Of a DNA stretch of 46,548 nt, positions 11,491 through 25,129 are shown piece by piece; the first letter of the stretch is position 1, and each line of letters starts with the position of its first letter. The translations under genes and the position numbers were made by a program. Under the pieces are notes generated by a model. It saw only the letters and a program-made list of their open reading frames with translations, was not told the DNA's origin and searched no databases. This stretch comes from Chiloscyllium plagiosum (taxonomy: Eukaryota), in NCBI RefSeq assembly GCF_004010195.1, contig NC_057719.1, positions 47,516,331-47,562,878 on the forward strand, written 5' to 3'.

Positions 11491-12264
11491 TGTTCCCAAG
11501 TTGTGAAACTCTCCAGGTATTTTAGTTATATAACAACAGTCAACTTTCATCCTATTTTATAGTCCTAACAGGACAAATGTGGTCCCTTTCAACTAGCACA
11601 TAGTATCCAATTCCCATTTGTATCTTATCCACATTATTATTTTACACTATGTAAACTCCACACACACCAGCATCTTCTGTTACTAGTTAGTATGCTTAAT
11701 CCTTGTACATATTCTACATTTTTATTACTACTCCTTTAAACACAATACAAATTAATAATCATTCTTCTATGAAATGAATCATTGTTAATGGTTTATAACT
11801 TTGATTTTTATCTCAGATTTTTCCTCACGCCTGACATTTAATTATTTAGCTTATTGCTCTTGATTAATCTCCTTAAAGTATGATTGTCTGTTTCCTGATT
11901 ATTTCCATAGCATTCCTTAGCACTTTCACATTTATTAAACAAACAGTGAAAACTGCAATTTGTTAAAAGAAAATGATGAGAGAAAATTGCTTCCTATCTC
12001 AATATGGGGTTTAAATTATATTATCTTTAAGGCATCAAATGCAATTATTGAGACCCTAGTTCTTACAGTGAAGGGAAGCAAATGATCAAGATTATTCAAC
12101 CGAAAACCAAAGGAGAATCATATCAGACTGGAAACATTAGTTATTATTTCTTTCTGCAGAGATACTGCCAGACCTGCTGGGTTTCTCTTGCCCTTAGTGT
12201 TTTTTTTATTATTTCTTTTGGAGAGTGAGCTAGTTAATTCCAAACCACCAATATTTCTCCATGG

Positions 12265-12725
12265 AATCCGTTATAACAACATGGAAATAGACCCTTCAGT
12301 CCAACTTGTCTGCACTGACCAGGCATCACAATCTGACCTAATCCATTTGCCAGCATTTAGCCCATATCCTTCTAAACCCTTCCTATTCATATACTCTTGG
12401 AGATTCCTTTTAAATTTTGTAATTGTACCCTCCTCCACCACTACTTCTGGCAACTCATTCCATTCACGTACTACCCTCTGCATGAAAAGGTTACCCCTCC
12501 GGTCCTTTTTACATCTTTTTCCCCCTCACCTTAAACCTGTGCCATCTAGTTATGGACACCCATCCTAGGAAAAAGACCTTGGCCCCCATGATTTTAAAAA
12601 CCTCTAAGATCACTGCTCAACCTCTGACGTTTCAGTGAAGAAAAGCCCTAGCCTATTCGGCCTCTTCCTAGAACTCAAACCTGCAACATCTTTGTAAATC
12701 TTTCCCGCACCCTCTCAAATTTAGC
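12265..12725 (-). mobile_element. CR1 3' fragment
   Basis: ORF 12271-12483 reads QRVVREWNELPEVVVEEGTITKFKRNL, followed by a CR1 3' UTR. Confidence 0.85.
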
Positions 12726-13315
12726 ATCTCAAACTTCTTTCTTCAAATATTTAGTCCATTTCCTTTTTGAAAGCTACTATCTAATCTGTCCACCAGCCTA
12801 TCAGGTGGAGCAACATAAATGTGAGCCACGTGCTAGCTTTTTAAGAAATTTTTTTCCTCAAGTTGTTCTTGTTCTATTGCTAAGTATCTTGTCTGTGCCC
12901 TCTGGTTAATCAACACTTTAGCTTTCTGTTTATTCTATGTAAACCTGGGATCAGAATTTTTTTCAATATTCTTTAAGGTATACTTTAATACTTTTTGGTT
13001 TTTTTTCAGGGGTTTATTTTTCATTAATTAGTCATTTATTAGATGTTATCATTTAATAGCATTGCCTTCTGTATTTTAGTTTGGGGCTTTCTTCTTTAGA
13101 AACAAACATTTGTACCTTATATCCATACTAAATCATTTAACTTGAAACTGTAAATAAGCCATTTTTGTTTATTTTAATAAATAAATTCCCAAACTTTTTA
13201 AATAGAGGCTCATGAGCCTAAACTGACAAGTTAGTAGATGAATTAGGGCAGTCCTCACTTTCTCCTAATATAAGAGTTTCCAAATTGTAAATGTGACAGC
13301 TAATATGAAAATTCA

Positions 13316-13502
13316 AAGATGTGCAGGTTAGGTGGATTAGCCATGCTAAATTGTCCTGTAGTTTTCAGGAGTGTGCAGGCTAAGTGGATTAGCTATGGGG
13401 AAATGCAGGGATGGGGTGGGTCTGGGCAGATGCTCTTTAGAGGGTCAGTATAGGTCCAATGGACTGAATGGCCTGCTTCCAAAATTAATGGATTTCTATG
13501 AA
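13316..13502 (+). mobile_element. HE1-type SINE, 3' half
   Basis: aagatgtgcaggttaggtggattagccatgctaaattgtcc...gattttctatg-like tail, shared with 4872-5199. Confidence 0.8.
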
Positions 13503-16500
13503 TTGTTTTGAAAGAATTTCATTTTTTTCTCAATTTTCTTGTTGACCACAGCCATGCAAGCATCACATTCACTTCCTATTTCCTCCCTTCTTCCTTACCA
13601 CCATAAGCTCTAATGCCCATCTTCCAGTACCCTCCCACTCCACTTCTTTCTCCCTTCCACTTCTCCACCTTACACCCATCCATCTTAGCAGGTCCACTGC
13701 CATTTGACCCAATCCCATTTTGCAGCTCAAGAATAATATTTGTTATTATGGACTTGGTACACTTGAATTTTGTTATGGAAAAATTCTATAGTATCACTGA
13801 TCTCTACAAGGCACTCCAGAATACCTAGACGACTCCAATGTAGATAAGTTATCTCTTCTTCCAAAATAACATCTTTCCTTCTGCTCCAGTAGATTTGGAT
13901 TAATTGCACTGTTTCAGCCAAGGTTTGGGGCCCATATCCATTTTATAGTTTCAGTAGAAATCAGGGCTTGCCGCAATAGACACTCACCTTGCTCAACATC
14001 CCCATGAAGACTAAAACTTTGTTGTTGTTTTTCATTTTCTGATTCCTCCTCTTAACCTCCAAAAGGATGTCCAACAATTGATAAGTGTAGCTGAAAGCCT
14101 CCTGCATGATGGGTGCAGGACTAGCCTTAATTCCTACAATTCCAGGATCCCTCCCTCCTGGCTTTGCTGCTCCTACATTCATAGATTCCGCCCTTTGATC
14201 AGTAAGCAGCAAAGAAGGAATCTGTGATTGGAGGAGCCAGAGAAAGATAGTGTCTGAAGGGAACAGCAGCTCCTCACTGATTTGGTTTCTCTGAAGTACA
14301 GGGACAGCCTTACTCTGGTCACTCTCCAATTAGTTTTTCCTAGGCATTTTGGGGCTTTTAGGGGATGAATGCACCAATATGTCATGAGCACTGATCGAAG
14401 CCCTTTATGATTTTGAGAATGCCTCCATTAAATTGTTTCTCAGCCTCTAAAAAAGAGCAAGGGTGAAATCCAATTCTTTCTGAATAACCATTATTGTCAT
14501 TCCTGTAACTGCTACTAACAATCGTGTCTCTGTTCAAAAATGTGTAACAGAATAGCAGGAGAAAAGAACAAACTCTGCACGCAAGGATTTTGACCTTGAT
14601 AGTTGCAGTCAACAGAAGTCAACAAAGAACAGGATTTGATGTGAGAAAAGGATGTTGGTGCAGCAATTTGGATGAATAGGAATTTGTGTAGGGTATGTTA
14701 TAACTGGGTAGAATGTTTTGGTAATCATGTTTTCCCCTACTCCATGAGTTGCACCATTAGTGTAAATGTTTTGATTCAATCAACAAAATGACCAAATGCT
14801 TCCCTTTTGCACCACTATCCAGAGCAAGTCTTACACCAGACTGCTTTAATGTATTAAAAAAAAATGTTATGAAGCAACACTGATCCTGAAAAGCAAGTAG
14901 CAAAACTGGCTAACATTTTAAGGTTTATTACAGAATTAGAACTAAATCCCCATACTCCCAAAACCGAAACAGACAACACAAAACAGCAAAGGCTTTGCAG
15001 CAATGTTATAAAATGGGTAAAAGAAAAATCCCTTACTGGTCAGTGGTCTGAGAAATAAAAGATTGAATTTGGTGAATTCACACGGTCTGCTGGATTCCTT
15101 GACAAAATTGAATTACCAACAGCTGTAGATTGATGGAATGTTTTTTAAACATGGCTTTCATTTGGGGTGGAAATCATCCTGGATCCAAGTCTTTGGATGG
15201 TGGTCCAAGTTCAGCAGCCTGATTTGAGGTAGTCAAAATAGTGAAGTGAGAAAACTTTATCAGGATCCAAACTACTTCAAGAAGAAAGGGGGAGATAGCG
15301 AGAGAGAGGGAGACTGCAGCCTTTTTACAATTTTGGGGATTTTCCTCCTTGAGACACTCTGGGTGGCAAAATAGAAATCAAGTGTAGATATAGTTTGTCA
15401 GCAACCATCAGATCAGGAGTGCTGCAATCTCTTCCAAAACTGACTCTTCCTGCAATTCTGGAAAATAAATCCTAACACTTATCTCCCTAAATAGTTTGCT
15501 TGGCTATTTTCTGAAGTCATTTGACATTTTGGTAATCAGCAAGTGGATCAGAGTCCATATTAAACTGTTAACTTAACTTCAAAGTCATTTTAAATCCTTG
15601 TTAAAAATCCTCTTTCATCCAGAAATTGCCCAAACAGTTCAGTATTTTTCACATGTTCATACCTGTATATTCCCTACTGGCGGAAACCAGAAAGGAGAGC
15701 CAAGAGATGTTTGAGGCTCAGTCGTTTGAAATTTGAATGATTTGGCAGCATTTGGATGAAGCAAAGTGACTTGGAGATGGAAAGCATATTACATCAGAAG
15801 CACATTAGCATGCTTGTCATATTTTGACATTATCAAAAAGTTGTCAATTGGGGATTTGCATCAATCTGGTGCCTCTTCAGCACAATTCCGAATCAAATAG
15901 GCCTAAAGCCACAGGCATTTGAGATCAGGACCAGTTTGGAATTTTTGTCAATGGATATAAAGGTACGCTTCCTTTTTATATGCAGATTTGTATTTTTTCA
16001 TCATCTTTTTTTTAAAAAAAGAGATCCTTGTGTAATGTTCAAGGAAGACGTGGAGTCAAGTTTGCTACAAAGAAGTTTGAGGCAGAAGTGTCAGGATACG
16101 GTCTACAATTTTCCTGTTATCTGGTTAAACTAATCCAATATAAGTGGATCAGATTACAAAGTAGTAAGAACATACATCCAGTTTCGAAATGTAATATTGA
16201 AGCTTCCCCACATTTGAATATGAAATAAAATATGGTTGAATGCAGAACTTCAATATTAGGAATGCTGAGTTCATTAAACCATTTTACCATGTTGTGCTAG
16301 CTTTATCCTAAATAATTTGCAGAATACTTTCCTGCTATAATTATTGAATAGCCATATTGCATTCAAATGCATTTGGGCCAACTTCAGGTGGTAAATTGTA
16401 TGCATAGTCTGTTGCGAAGTGTTTAGCTCTTAGAAAACTTGTGAAGCTTTGAAAAGTACTTTCCTGGAAAAATGAATAATATTCTTGGTGCAGAAATACA

Positions 16501-16663
16501 ATTCCTGATACATTATCAGCAGAAATAATGGATCAAGGAATCACTGCATATTCCAGTTGGAATTGGAATATTTAAATGAGAATTGAGGTGATACTTGTAT
16601 TGAAAATATTCTTTACTCCAAAATCAGATATCACCATGGCTCAGTTGTGGCACTGTTGTTTGA

Positions 16664-17607
16664 ATCATAGTCAGAGATGTACAGCATGGAAACAGACCCT
16701 TCTGTCCAACCTGTCCATGCCAACCAGATATCCCAACCCAATCTAGTCTCACCTGCCAGCACCCGGTCCATATCCCTCCAAACCATTCCTATTCATATAC
16801 CCATCCAAATGCCTCTTAAATGTTGCAATTGTACTAACCTCCACCACATCCTCTGGCAGCTCATTCCATACATGTACCACCCTCTGCGTGAAAGAGTTGC
16901 CCCTTAGGTCTATTTTATATCTTTCTCCCCTCACTCTAAACCTATGCCCTCCCCAATCCCAGGGAAAAGACTTTGTCTATTCAGCCTTTCCATGCCCCTC
17001 ATAATTTTGTAAACCTCTATAAGGTCACCCCTCAGCCTCCGACGCTCCAGGGAAAACAGCCTCAGCCTGTTCAGCCTCTCCCTATAGCTCAAATCCTCCA
17101 ACCCTGGTAACATCCTTGTAAGTCTTTTCTGAACCCTTTCAAGTTTCACAACATCTTTCTGAAATGAAGGAGACCAGAATTGCATGCAATATTCCAACAG
17201 TGGTCTAACCAATGTCCGTACAGCCACATGACCTCCCAACTCCTGTACTCAATACTCTGACCAATAAAGGAAAGCATACCAAATGCCTCCTTCACTATCC
17301 TATCTACCTGCCACTCCACTTTCAAGAAGCTATGAACCTGCACTCCAAGGTCTCTTTGTTCAGCAACACTCCCTAGGACCTTACCATTAAGTGCATAAGT
17401 CCTGCTAAGATTTGTTTCCCGATTTGCATTTATCTGAATTAAACTCCATCTGCCGTTTCTCAGCCCATTGGCCCATCTGGTCCAGATCCTGTTGTAATCT
17501 GAGGTAATCCTCTTCACTGTCCACTACACCTCCAATTTTGGTGTCATCTGCAAACTTACTAACTGTACCTCTTATGCTCGCATCCAAATCACTTATGTAA
17601 ATGACAC
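16664..17607 (-). mobile_element. CR1/HER1-like LINE, RT C-terminus plus 3' UTR
   Basis: Minus-strand ORFs read [40 protein letters not shown] and WNELPEDVVE. Confidence 0.92.
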
Positions 17608-18089
17608 AAATGTTCTCTGTTCAGTCTCCATGTCAGAGTCTTGAGCATGAAAGTCTATGTTGACAATTGTATTGTGGTTCTTAAGACTTTGTACTGACTG
17701 GATGACATATTAAAATAAGGTGCTTGCTACCTTCAGAGCTGGGGTGTTCTCTATGATGACTGAAATATTTATTCCAAAACCACACTTTTAAGCCATTACT
17801 ACATTGTTACTTGTGGAATTTACCAGAGAGAATTATTTTTTAAAATCCAAATGGTTCATTTTGCAATAATGTTAGATATTACAACATTATAAAACCAGCC
17901 TAGCAACTTTGCACTCAAATAGTTTACTATTTTGTGCATCCCTGGAGTCATGAAAGTTTAAGACTTTATCAAAGTGTGCTAAATTGCCCAATTTACCCAT
18001 TGTTTAGACCCAGGTTGACAGCATGGTTCAGGTTTCTGTACTTAACAAAAATAACCATTTATTGCAAGTACATTGCAGAGTACTTGAAA

Positions 18090-18595
18090 AGTGCATAGTA
18101 AAAAAGGGCAGAATAAGCATGTCTTAATCAAAGGGAGATCATGCTTGACAAACCAGATTGATTGATTGCCTAACTTGATTGCTATCTCCTCAAAGAATTC
18201 AAAGAACCAGTGAACATGATAAATTTGAATTTTCAGAAGACCTTTGATGACCAGCCACAGATGAATCTGCTAAATAAGCTTAGAGTGTTAGAATTAGAGA
18301 CTGGCATGGATAGACTGGCAAGGTCACAGCCTCCGAGTGAAAGGATAACCCTTTAGAATTGATATGAGGAATTTCTTCAGCCAGAGTGGTGAATCTGTGG
18401 AACTCATTGCCACAGAATGCTGTGGAGGCATAGTCATTCTTTGTACTAAGACAAAGATAGGCTCTTGATTAGTCTGGGAATTAAAGCTTACAGGGAAAGC
18501 CAGGAGAATGGGGTTGTGAAACATTTCAGCTCTGATCTAATGGTAGAGCAGATTCACTGGGCTGAATGACCTAATTTTGCTCCTATGTCTTGTCA
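18090..18595 (+). mobile_element. Degenerate, internally deleted CR1 fragment
   Basis: gggagatcatgcttgacaaacc (GRSCLTN), ttttcagaagacctttgat (FQKxFD) and gtggtgaatctgtggaactcattgccacag (VVNLWNSLPQ). Confidence 0.7.
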
Positions 18596-18865
18596 TATGT
18601 TTCACAATGTATAAAGTATCTGACTTCTTGTTTAAAAGCAAGAGCTTAGAGCAACTAGTGATGGGAAAATAAACCAATTTTCTTTGGGCTTTAGGTGTTT
18701 TCTTTTAGTGCAAAGGCAAAGCTAGCACCTTCCTTTCCAGAGGTCCGAAGGCTTCTGACCATCCTATTCACACCCTGCTCAGTTACCTGAGAGACTATCT
18801 TAGTTGTTCGCAGATGGTTGGCGTTTGTCATCAACAACTGGGAAGGCAGCATGACAGTGTGGTTA

Positions 18866-18989
18866 GGAAGGGTTTTTGCCCGAAACATCTATTTTCCTGC
18901 TCCTCGGATGCTGCCTGACCTGCTGTGCTTTTCCAGCACCACTCTAATCTAGATTCTGATCTCCAGCATCTGCAGTCCTCACTTTTGCC
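18866..18989 (+). mobile_element. PLE pLTR insertion starting within the hammerhead core, inserted in a CR1 fragment (CR1 continues to about 19360)
   Basis: gaagggtttttgcccgaaacatc...ctgcagtcctcacttttgcc, flanked by tggtta(g/a)gaagg at 18860 and 18990. Confidence 0.82.
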
Positions 18990-21529
18990 TGGTTAAGAAG
19001 GCATACAGGACACTTGCCTTTATCAGTCTTGGCAAAGATTATAAGAGCAGGGGAGGGGTTTTTTGTTGTTGCGGCGGTTAGACTGCAACTGGAGTATTGC
19101 ATGCAGTCCAGGTCACTGTACTATAGGAAGAATGTTATCGCAGTAGATGGGGTGAGATTCACTTGAATGTTGCCTGGGAGGAGAGGTTGGATAAGCAGAG
19201 ATGGCTGAGAGGGACCTGATTGAGGTGTGTAAGACTGGGTTGTTGGAAAACAGCTGTGTCCCTTAACTAAAGGGTCATTAACAAGGGGCATAATTTTCAG
19301 TTGAAAAGCAGGGGGCTTGAGGAAAAACCTTTTCACTCCGAGGGTGGTACGAATCATCTGGTGTTAAGTGTGACAGTGGGTGAGAAGTGCCAAAGGTGTT
19401 GGAGCTACGAACAGTATCAGGAGTGGCAAGATTGTTGAAGAGTTTGGAAAGGGATATGTAGTGCAAAAGCTGAAAGGAAGGGTTGAACACATTTTTGTCA
19501 GAGGGCAGCGAAGGTGAAAAATGTTGCTGTACAAAGTTGCAAGTGGTGAAAAGTGTCAGGGTGACTTATTAATGGGAAGAATGAGAAATAATCATAGTTA
19601 AGTATTTAAAAACAGATCTAAAGTTTGACCTCAAGTGGTATGCCTTCAGCACAGGAGGTGAAAGTAGTATGGTGTAATTAGGATTGTGCCTTGCCAATAT
19701 GCCTTCAATTTCTAGCATCAGAAGGCTGCTGTTTTGAACAAGATCATTGGCATCCATTTTCACTCCACTGCTGATTGGTAATTCCAGATTTGTTTTTTTC
19801 CAAATTAGTGATAATTTTATGAATGAATGTCAACTTGTTTGATTGTAAAGCTATTCTTGGAGAATATCTCTCCTCCCTGGAGAAAAGTTTCCTTGCCTAT
19901 GTAATTGAGTAAGACCATTTTGGAGTTTGGGGTCTGTGTCAGAATCTGTTGAATATGGGCTAACAAATTTTTAAAAAGGTGCATTGGAGGTACAGAAATA
20001 TTGGACAAGAATATTGTCTGAAAGTAATATCACTCAAGGCACTGTGCAATTTCCAGTTTTTAAAAAAAAAACTTCCAGACCACACTGCTGAGGTCTACAT
20101 TGGTTGCTCAACTCTAATTTCCCATGGGAAGGTGCCTGTGTCATCTCGAGCTACTGTAACCAATCTGATGCAGGAGCATCCACAAACTGGGTGGGAATTC
20201 CAGGATCTTGATCCAATGAGAAATAGCAACACTGTTACAAGCCAGTGGGGCTTGGGGGAGAACTTGCAAATTATGCCTCTGCTTCCATGTCCTTCTAGTT
20301 GGTAGAGGTATTAGTTGGGTCATTTTGAAAGAAGTTTGGTAAACTTCCAAAATACATCTTATACTGGGTACACTAGACTGTGTGCTTTAGCAATGAAGGA
20401 AGTGCATGTTTAAGATGTTAGATGAGTACATCATCATTTAAATTTGCCTTTGATTGCATTGAGCATCTTGAGCACTGTTTTGCACCAAACTCCCCTAAGA
20501 AAGCAAAGAGTATTCCATCACATTCTGACTTCTATCTCATAAATAGATTGTGGGCTGACTAGGAAGACTGGTTATGAATTACATATTGTAGGTTCCTTGC
20601 CTGTACAATTTTTGGTCAATGGTATAGCCAGGAAGCTGCAGAGAATCTGTGATCATAATGCCATTAAATGTCAATGGGAGATGGTAAGACTGTCCCGTTG
20701 GACATGTGTAGTGTGAATGTTACTTATTAATCAAAGTCTGAATGATGTCTTCGTCTTGCTACATATGATCACAAGCCAATTAATGTTCAAACTTGGCAAC
20801 TCACTCTCCCATCTTTCTACTCTGGTGTTTACAGTCAATTTTTATGAATTGGCAAGTAATAATAAAAAAACAGTTTTGCTGTTATGCATTTGCTGCAAGC
20901 AACTACTGTTTTCTATTTGCAGATTGCTGCAACAATACACTGCACTTTGTTCTCTTTGCATTTTGAATGAGAATCTGGTTTCAGATTTGATTTTATTAAA
21001 TTAATTCGTGTTTTCTCAAGCTGGTACATCATGTTTATTGTCCATTATCTGCCAAGACTTGTGTTTGGAGAGTATTATTTTAAATTAGTAGCTTTGCCAA
21101 TATTGTGTTCAATGACACTTACAGTAATATTGCTAGATAAATCTCAGTGGGAATTTGCTAGTGAAGTGCCATTAATTATATTTTTTTAAAAGAACAGAAA
21201 TGATGTTTTCTTAAATTTTAACTTGTAGAATATTATTTGTGCAGCAAAATGGATTATCACCACTTGTAAATGTCAGAGTATTCTGATGCATCTTTAAGGA
21301 AAAATATGTAATTCCTCACCGGTGAAGTTCATTTTAAGCCAATGGATGAGGCAAGGAAAAAAACCTCAATCACCTTGATATTGCAACTTTTTTTCTTGCT
21401 CATTAGACGTGCATATTGCTGGCTAGACAATCATTTATAGTCTATCTCTAATTGCCCTGAAATAATTAGAGTTCTGCCTTGAGCTACTGCAGTTCTTGGC
21501 TTGTAGGTACATCTGCAGTGCTGAAAACT

Positions 21530-22845
21530 GGCAAGAAACATGAAACCTAACAGTAAAAGCTTCTACATTAAAGAGAGTTTCTAAAGTAACCTTTAGTTCC
21601 TAACTGGGGAGTTAATAATAGAGAACAAGGCAATGTCAGACACTTCGAACAAATATTTTGTGTCCATCCTCTCTCAAGGGAACCCAAAATTAGTATAAAA
21701 TCAAAGGTAAAATGAAGGGAGGAACTTTAAACTGGAGAAAAATGTATTGGGAGAACTAATGGAGCTTAAGGCTGATTTGAGATAGTAGATGCACTCATTG
21801 TAATCTTCCAAAATGACCTAATCCTGAAAATATCCCAGTGAAATAGAAAATTGTCAGAGTAACACCTCCCCTCCAGAAAGGAAATAGAGAAATCAGGAAA
21901 TAATAGGCTAAGTAACCTATCTATATAATCCATTATTAAGAGGAACTGGTTCAGAAAATCAGGGAGTGTCAACATGGTTTTATGAAAGGGAAATAATTTC
22001 TCACATATGAGTTGTTAAGGATATAACAAGCAAAGTGGATAAGGGGCAGTCAGTAAATGTAATATATTTAAACTTCCAGAAGACATTTGATGTGTCTCAA
22101 ATGTTACTATACAGGTGCATCTGATGTTGTGAGTAATATATTGAGTGACGTATCGGCTAACAGGAAACGTTGGGTCATTTTCAGGGTTTTTGGGTCCGAT
22201 TCTGTTGAGTGAACTGCCATGTCATATGAACAACAAAAAGTCAAGTAGACAAATGGAATGTTGGTGCTTTTTGTGAGGAGAATTGAGGAGAAAAAAGTAA
22301 GGAAGTCTTGTGACAACTATTAATGGCCTTGCTGAGACCACATCTAGAGGACTCTAATTTTGGGAGTTTAACATGAGGATTTTTACTGGAGGTAGTTGAG
22401 AAAATTTGCTGTTGAAATTTATGGGGTTTGGTAATGCGGGTTTGGCAGACTCATTGGAGTTTAAAAGAATGACAGGTGATCTTATTGAAACAATTAGGAT
22501 TCCAAGTTGGCCTAACAGGGTAGATATGGAGAGGATCTTCCTTCTCATTGGGGAATCTTGAACTAGCTGACACTGTTTCAAACTAACCAGTCTCCCACTT
22601 AATTCTAAGAGGAATTATTTCCTCAATCATTAATGTTTGGAATTGTCCCACTGCTCACTCATGGAGAGCTGGACTATTAAATATATTCAAGACTACGTAG
22701 ATACTTGATTGAAAAGGGAGTTTAGAATTATGGCACCAGGCAAGGAAGTTGAGTTATTGCCACGTAAGATAAATCATAATCTTGTTGAGTGGTAGAGCAC
22801 AATCAATGACTAGATACTCCTGCATCTGTTTCTTATGTTGATTGT
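21530..22845 (+). mobile_element. Highly degenerate CR1 ORF2 fragment
   Basis: Residual SQHGFMKGK, FQKTFD, RPHLE and RMTGDLIET-type motifs with many indels. Confidence 0.7.
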
Positions 22846-23421
22846 CCTATCTGGAACTCCGTACACCCACAGCCCTCCCATAATTTTATTATACTTCACT
22901 GAGGTGGATGTTGCCTGACCTGTGCTTTTCCAGCACCACACCCTCTACTCTGGCACATTGAATGTCAAATCCTGCTATTACTGGAGTCTTAACAATTAAC
23001 AACTTTAACAGGTGCAAAATTGCCCAATTTATCTGGTTTTTTTAACCCAGATTGACTGAGGCATAGAACAGGTTTCTGTACTTAATGATTATTATTTATT
23101 ACTAGTAAATAGATTCTAGCTACATGTAAATGACTATGAACAGTCGATGTAAAACCCTACTAATTAAAACACTAACCTTGCCAAGGGGGAAGACTGGGAA
23201 AGAATTTTAATTGTCCCTGTCTGCAGACTTTGCTAAGATTCTTTTTGTCTTGTCAGGTCCTGTTGCTTTTTGCTCTTCGTTCTTCTTTCTCCAGGAACTT
23301 TCACTTGCTTGTGGAGGTACAGGATGACTGGTTCACACTTGTGTTTTTGCTAACCTACTGGTTAAGCGCTATAGCTTACAGCAGTTGCTGAGGGAAACAA
23401 ATAAGCTTTCTTCAGGCATTC

Positions 23422-23719
23422 GATTAGATTCCCCATAGTATGGAAACAGGCCCTTCAGCCCAACAAGTCCACACTGACCCTCAGAGTAACCCACCAGAAC
23501 CATTCCCTGACCGTATATTTACCCCTGACTAATGCACCTAAAATGGGCAATTTAGCACGGCCAATTCACTTAACCTGCACATCTTTGAAACTGAGCGCCA
23601 GAGGAAACCCATGCAGACACGGTGAGAATGTGCAAACTCCACACACACAGTCACTTGAGGCGGGAATTGAACCTGGAACTGTGAGGCTACAATGCTAACC
23701 GCTGAGCCACCGTGCTGCC
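23422..23719 (-). mobile_element. HE1-type V-SINE
   Basis: Reverse complement starts ggcagcacggtggctcagcggttagca...ggttcaattcc...gtgtggagtttgcacattctc and ends in an (aatct)n tail. Confidence 0.9.
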
Positions 23720-24489
23720 TCTGTTTAGGTTTAAATTTTTTTTTTAAACTACAGAAGAAAGTAAGCTCCTCCTTTTTGAGGTCTGATGTCATCTTCCAGA
23801 CAATTACACAGGAGTTGATCATCTAGTTGATTGGAAGCAGTAGGTATTTGTCACCACTTCATAGACCAATTAGCTACTTGTTGATTATTGAATCTCCTTT
23901 CATACACATCCTTGGCTGCAGGTCATCTGCAACTAAACATCCTCCACTGCTTGAACAAACAGCAGTGAAGATAGTTATTGTAATAACTATCAGGAAACTT
24001 GCTTTCAAAAAGTGCAGCAATCCTTGATTTTAAAACCGTCCTGTTCCCATTTCAGCCTGCAATCAAAAATACAAAAATAAATTATCTTTAAAAAGTATAT
24101 TTTGATAGTTCTGGTCTCGAGCAGTCTTGGTTTTAATTGCTGTACCATATTGACTACATTTTCAACTGTCAAGGTCCCAAACACTCTAGAGCAACCTTCT
24201 GAACCCTTTTTTTTTGTCTCCAAGTCAATTCTCAAAAATAAGCTCTTTGGTCATCTGCCTAAATCTCTCCATGTGGGCCGGAGTCTAATTTTGCTTAGCG
24301 CTTCTGTGAAGTAATTTTAGATATTTCATTACTTTAAAGTATTCTATAAATGTATGTTATAAAATTGGGGTTTGAATTTTGAACTGAATTGAAGCTTTCC
24401 TCAAAGGAAAATTTTGATTCCTAGTACTTGCAGATTTAGTGAATGTTTTTATTTTAATTATTTTTGGGTTAGATTTGTTTTTTTAAAAA

Positions 24490-24790
24490 TTATTCATAGG
24501 CATCACTTGCTGAGCCAGCATTTATTGCCCATCCATAGTTGACCTTAAGCTGAGTGGCTTGCTTGGCCATTTCAGAGGGCAGTTAAGAGTCAACCATATT
24601 GCTGTGGACCTGGTGCTGCATGTAGGCCAAATCAGGCAAAGCTAGCAATTTTTAATGACAATCTGCAATGGTCATAGTTAGACTTTCGTTTCTAGATTTT
24701 CTTCATTGAATTCAAATTCTACTAGCTACTGCATTTATTATGGAAGGATTTGAACCCAGGTGTTTGGATTACAGACCAGTGTGCCATCGG
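24490..24790 (-). mobile_element. Second tRNA-headed SINE family; further copies at about 33755-33930 (+) and 39880-40340 (-)
   Basis: Shared blocks gcatttattgcccatcc, gagggcagttaagagtcaacca, catgtaggcca and ttgaattcaaattc, with a B-box-like ggatttgaaccc. Confidence 0.7.
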
Positions 24791-25007
24791 CAATCCTGAA
24801 TATTTTCAAGTTGTAAAATCTATTTTGGTGTTCTGTTTACTTCAAGAACCAGGGAATACTTTTGAGGGAAACCTGTTTTAAGAGAAGTTGTGATACGATC
24901 TTGACTTAAAAGGTGTGCTGTATGCACAGGATGTGCATTTGTAAAGAGGTGATGTGTGAAGGTTCTTTCACTCCTGAGCCTGTAATCTGTGTTATTGTGT
25001 GATATGA

Positions 25008-25102
25008 CCTAGACAGGGGACGAAACGTTTGCAACAAAAACTTCCAGCTCGGCGAACAGAACCACAGCAATGAGCACCCGAGCTACAAATCTTCTCTAAA
25101 AC
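25008..25102 (+). mobile_element. Short PLE (Poseidon-like) 3' end beginning inside hammerhead helix II
   Basis: cctagacaggggacGAAACGTTtgca..., with a 10-bp TSD tgtgatatga at 24998-25007 and 25103-25112. Confidence 0.75.
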
Positions 25103-25129
25103 TGTGATATGATCTGTTATAACATAAAT

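Noticed and set aside
13961..14329. 122-aa antisense ORF in unique sequence
   Set aside because: Non-ATG start, no recognisable homology or domain; within chance expectation.
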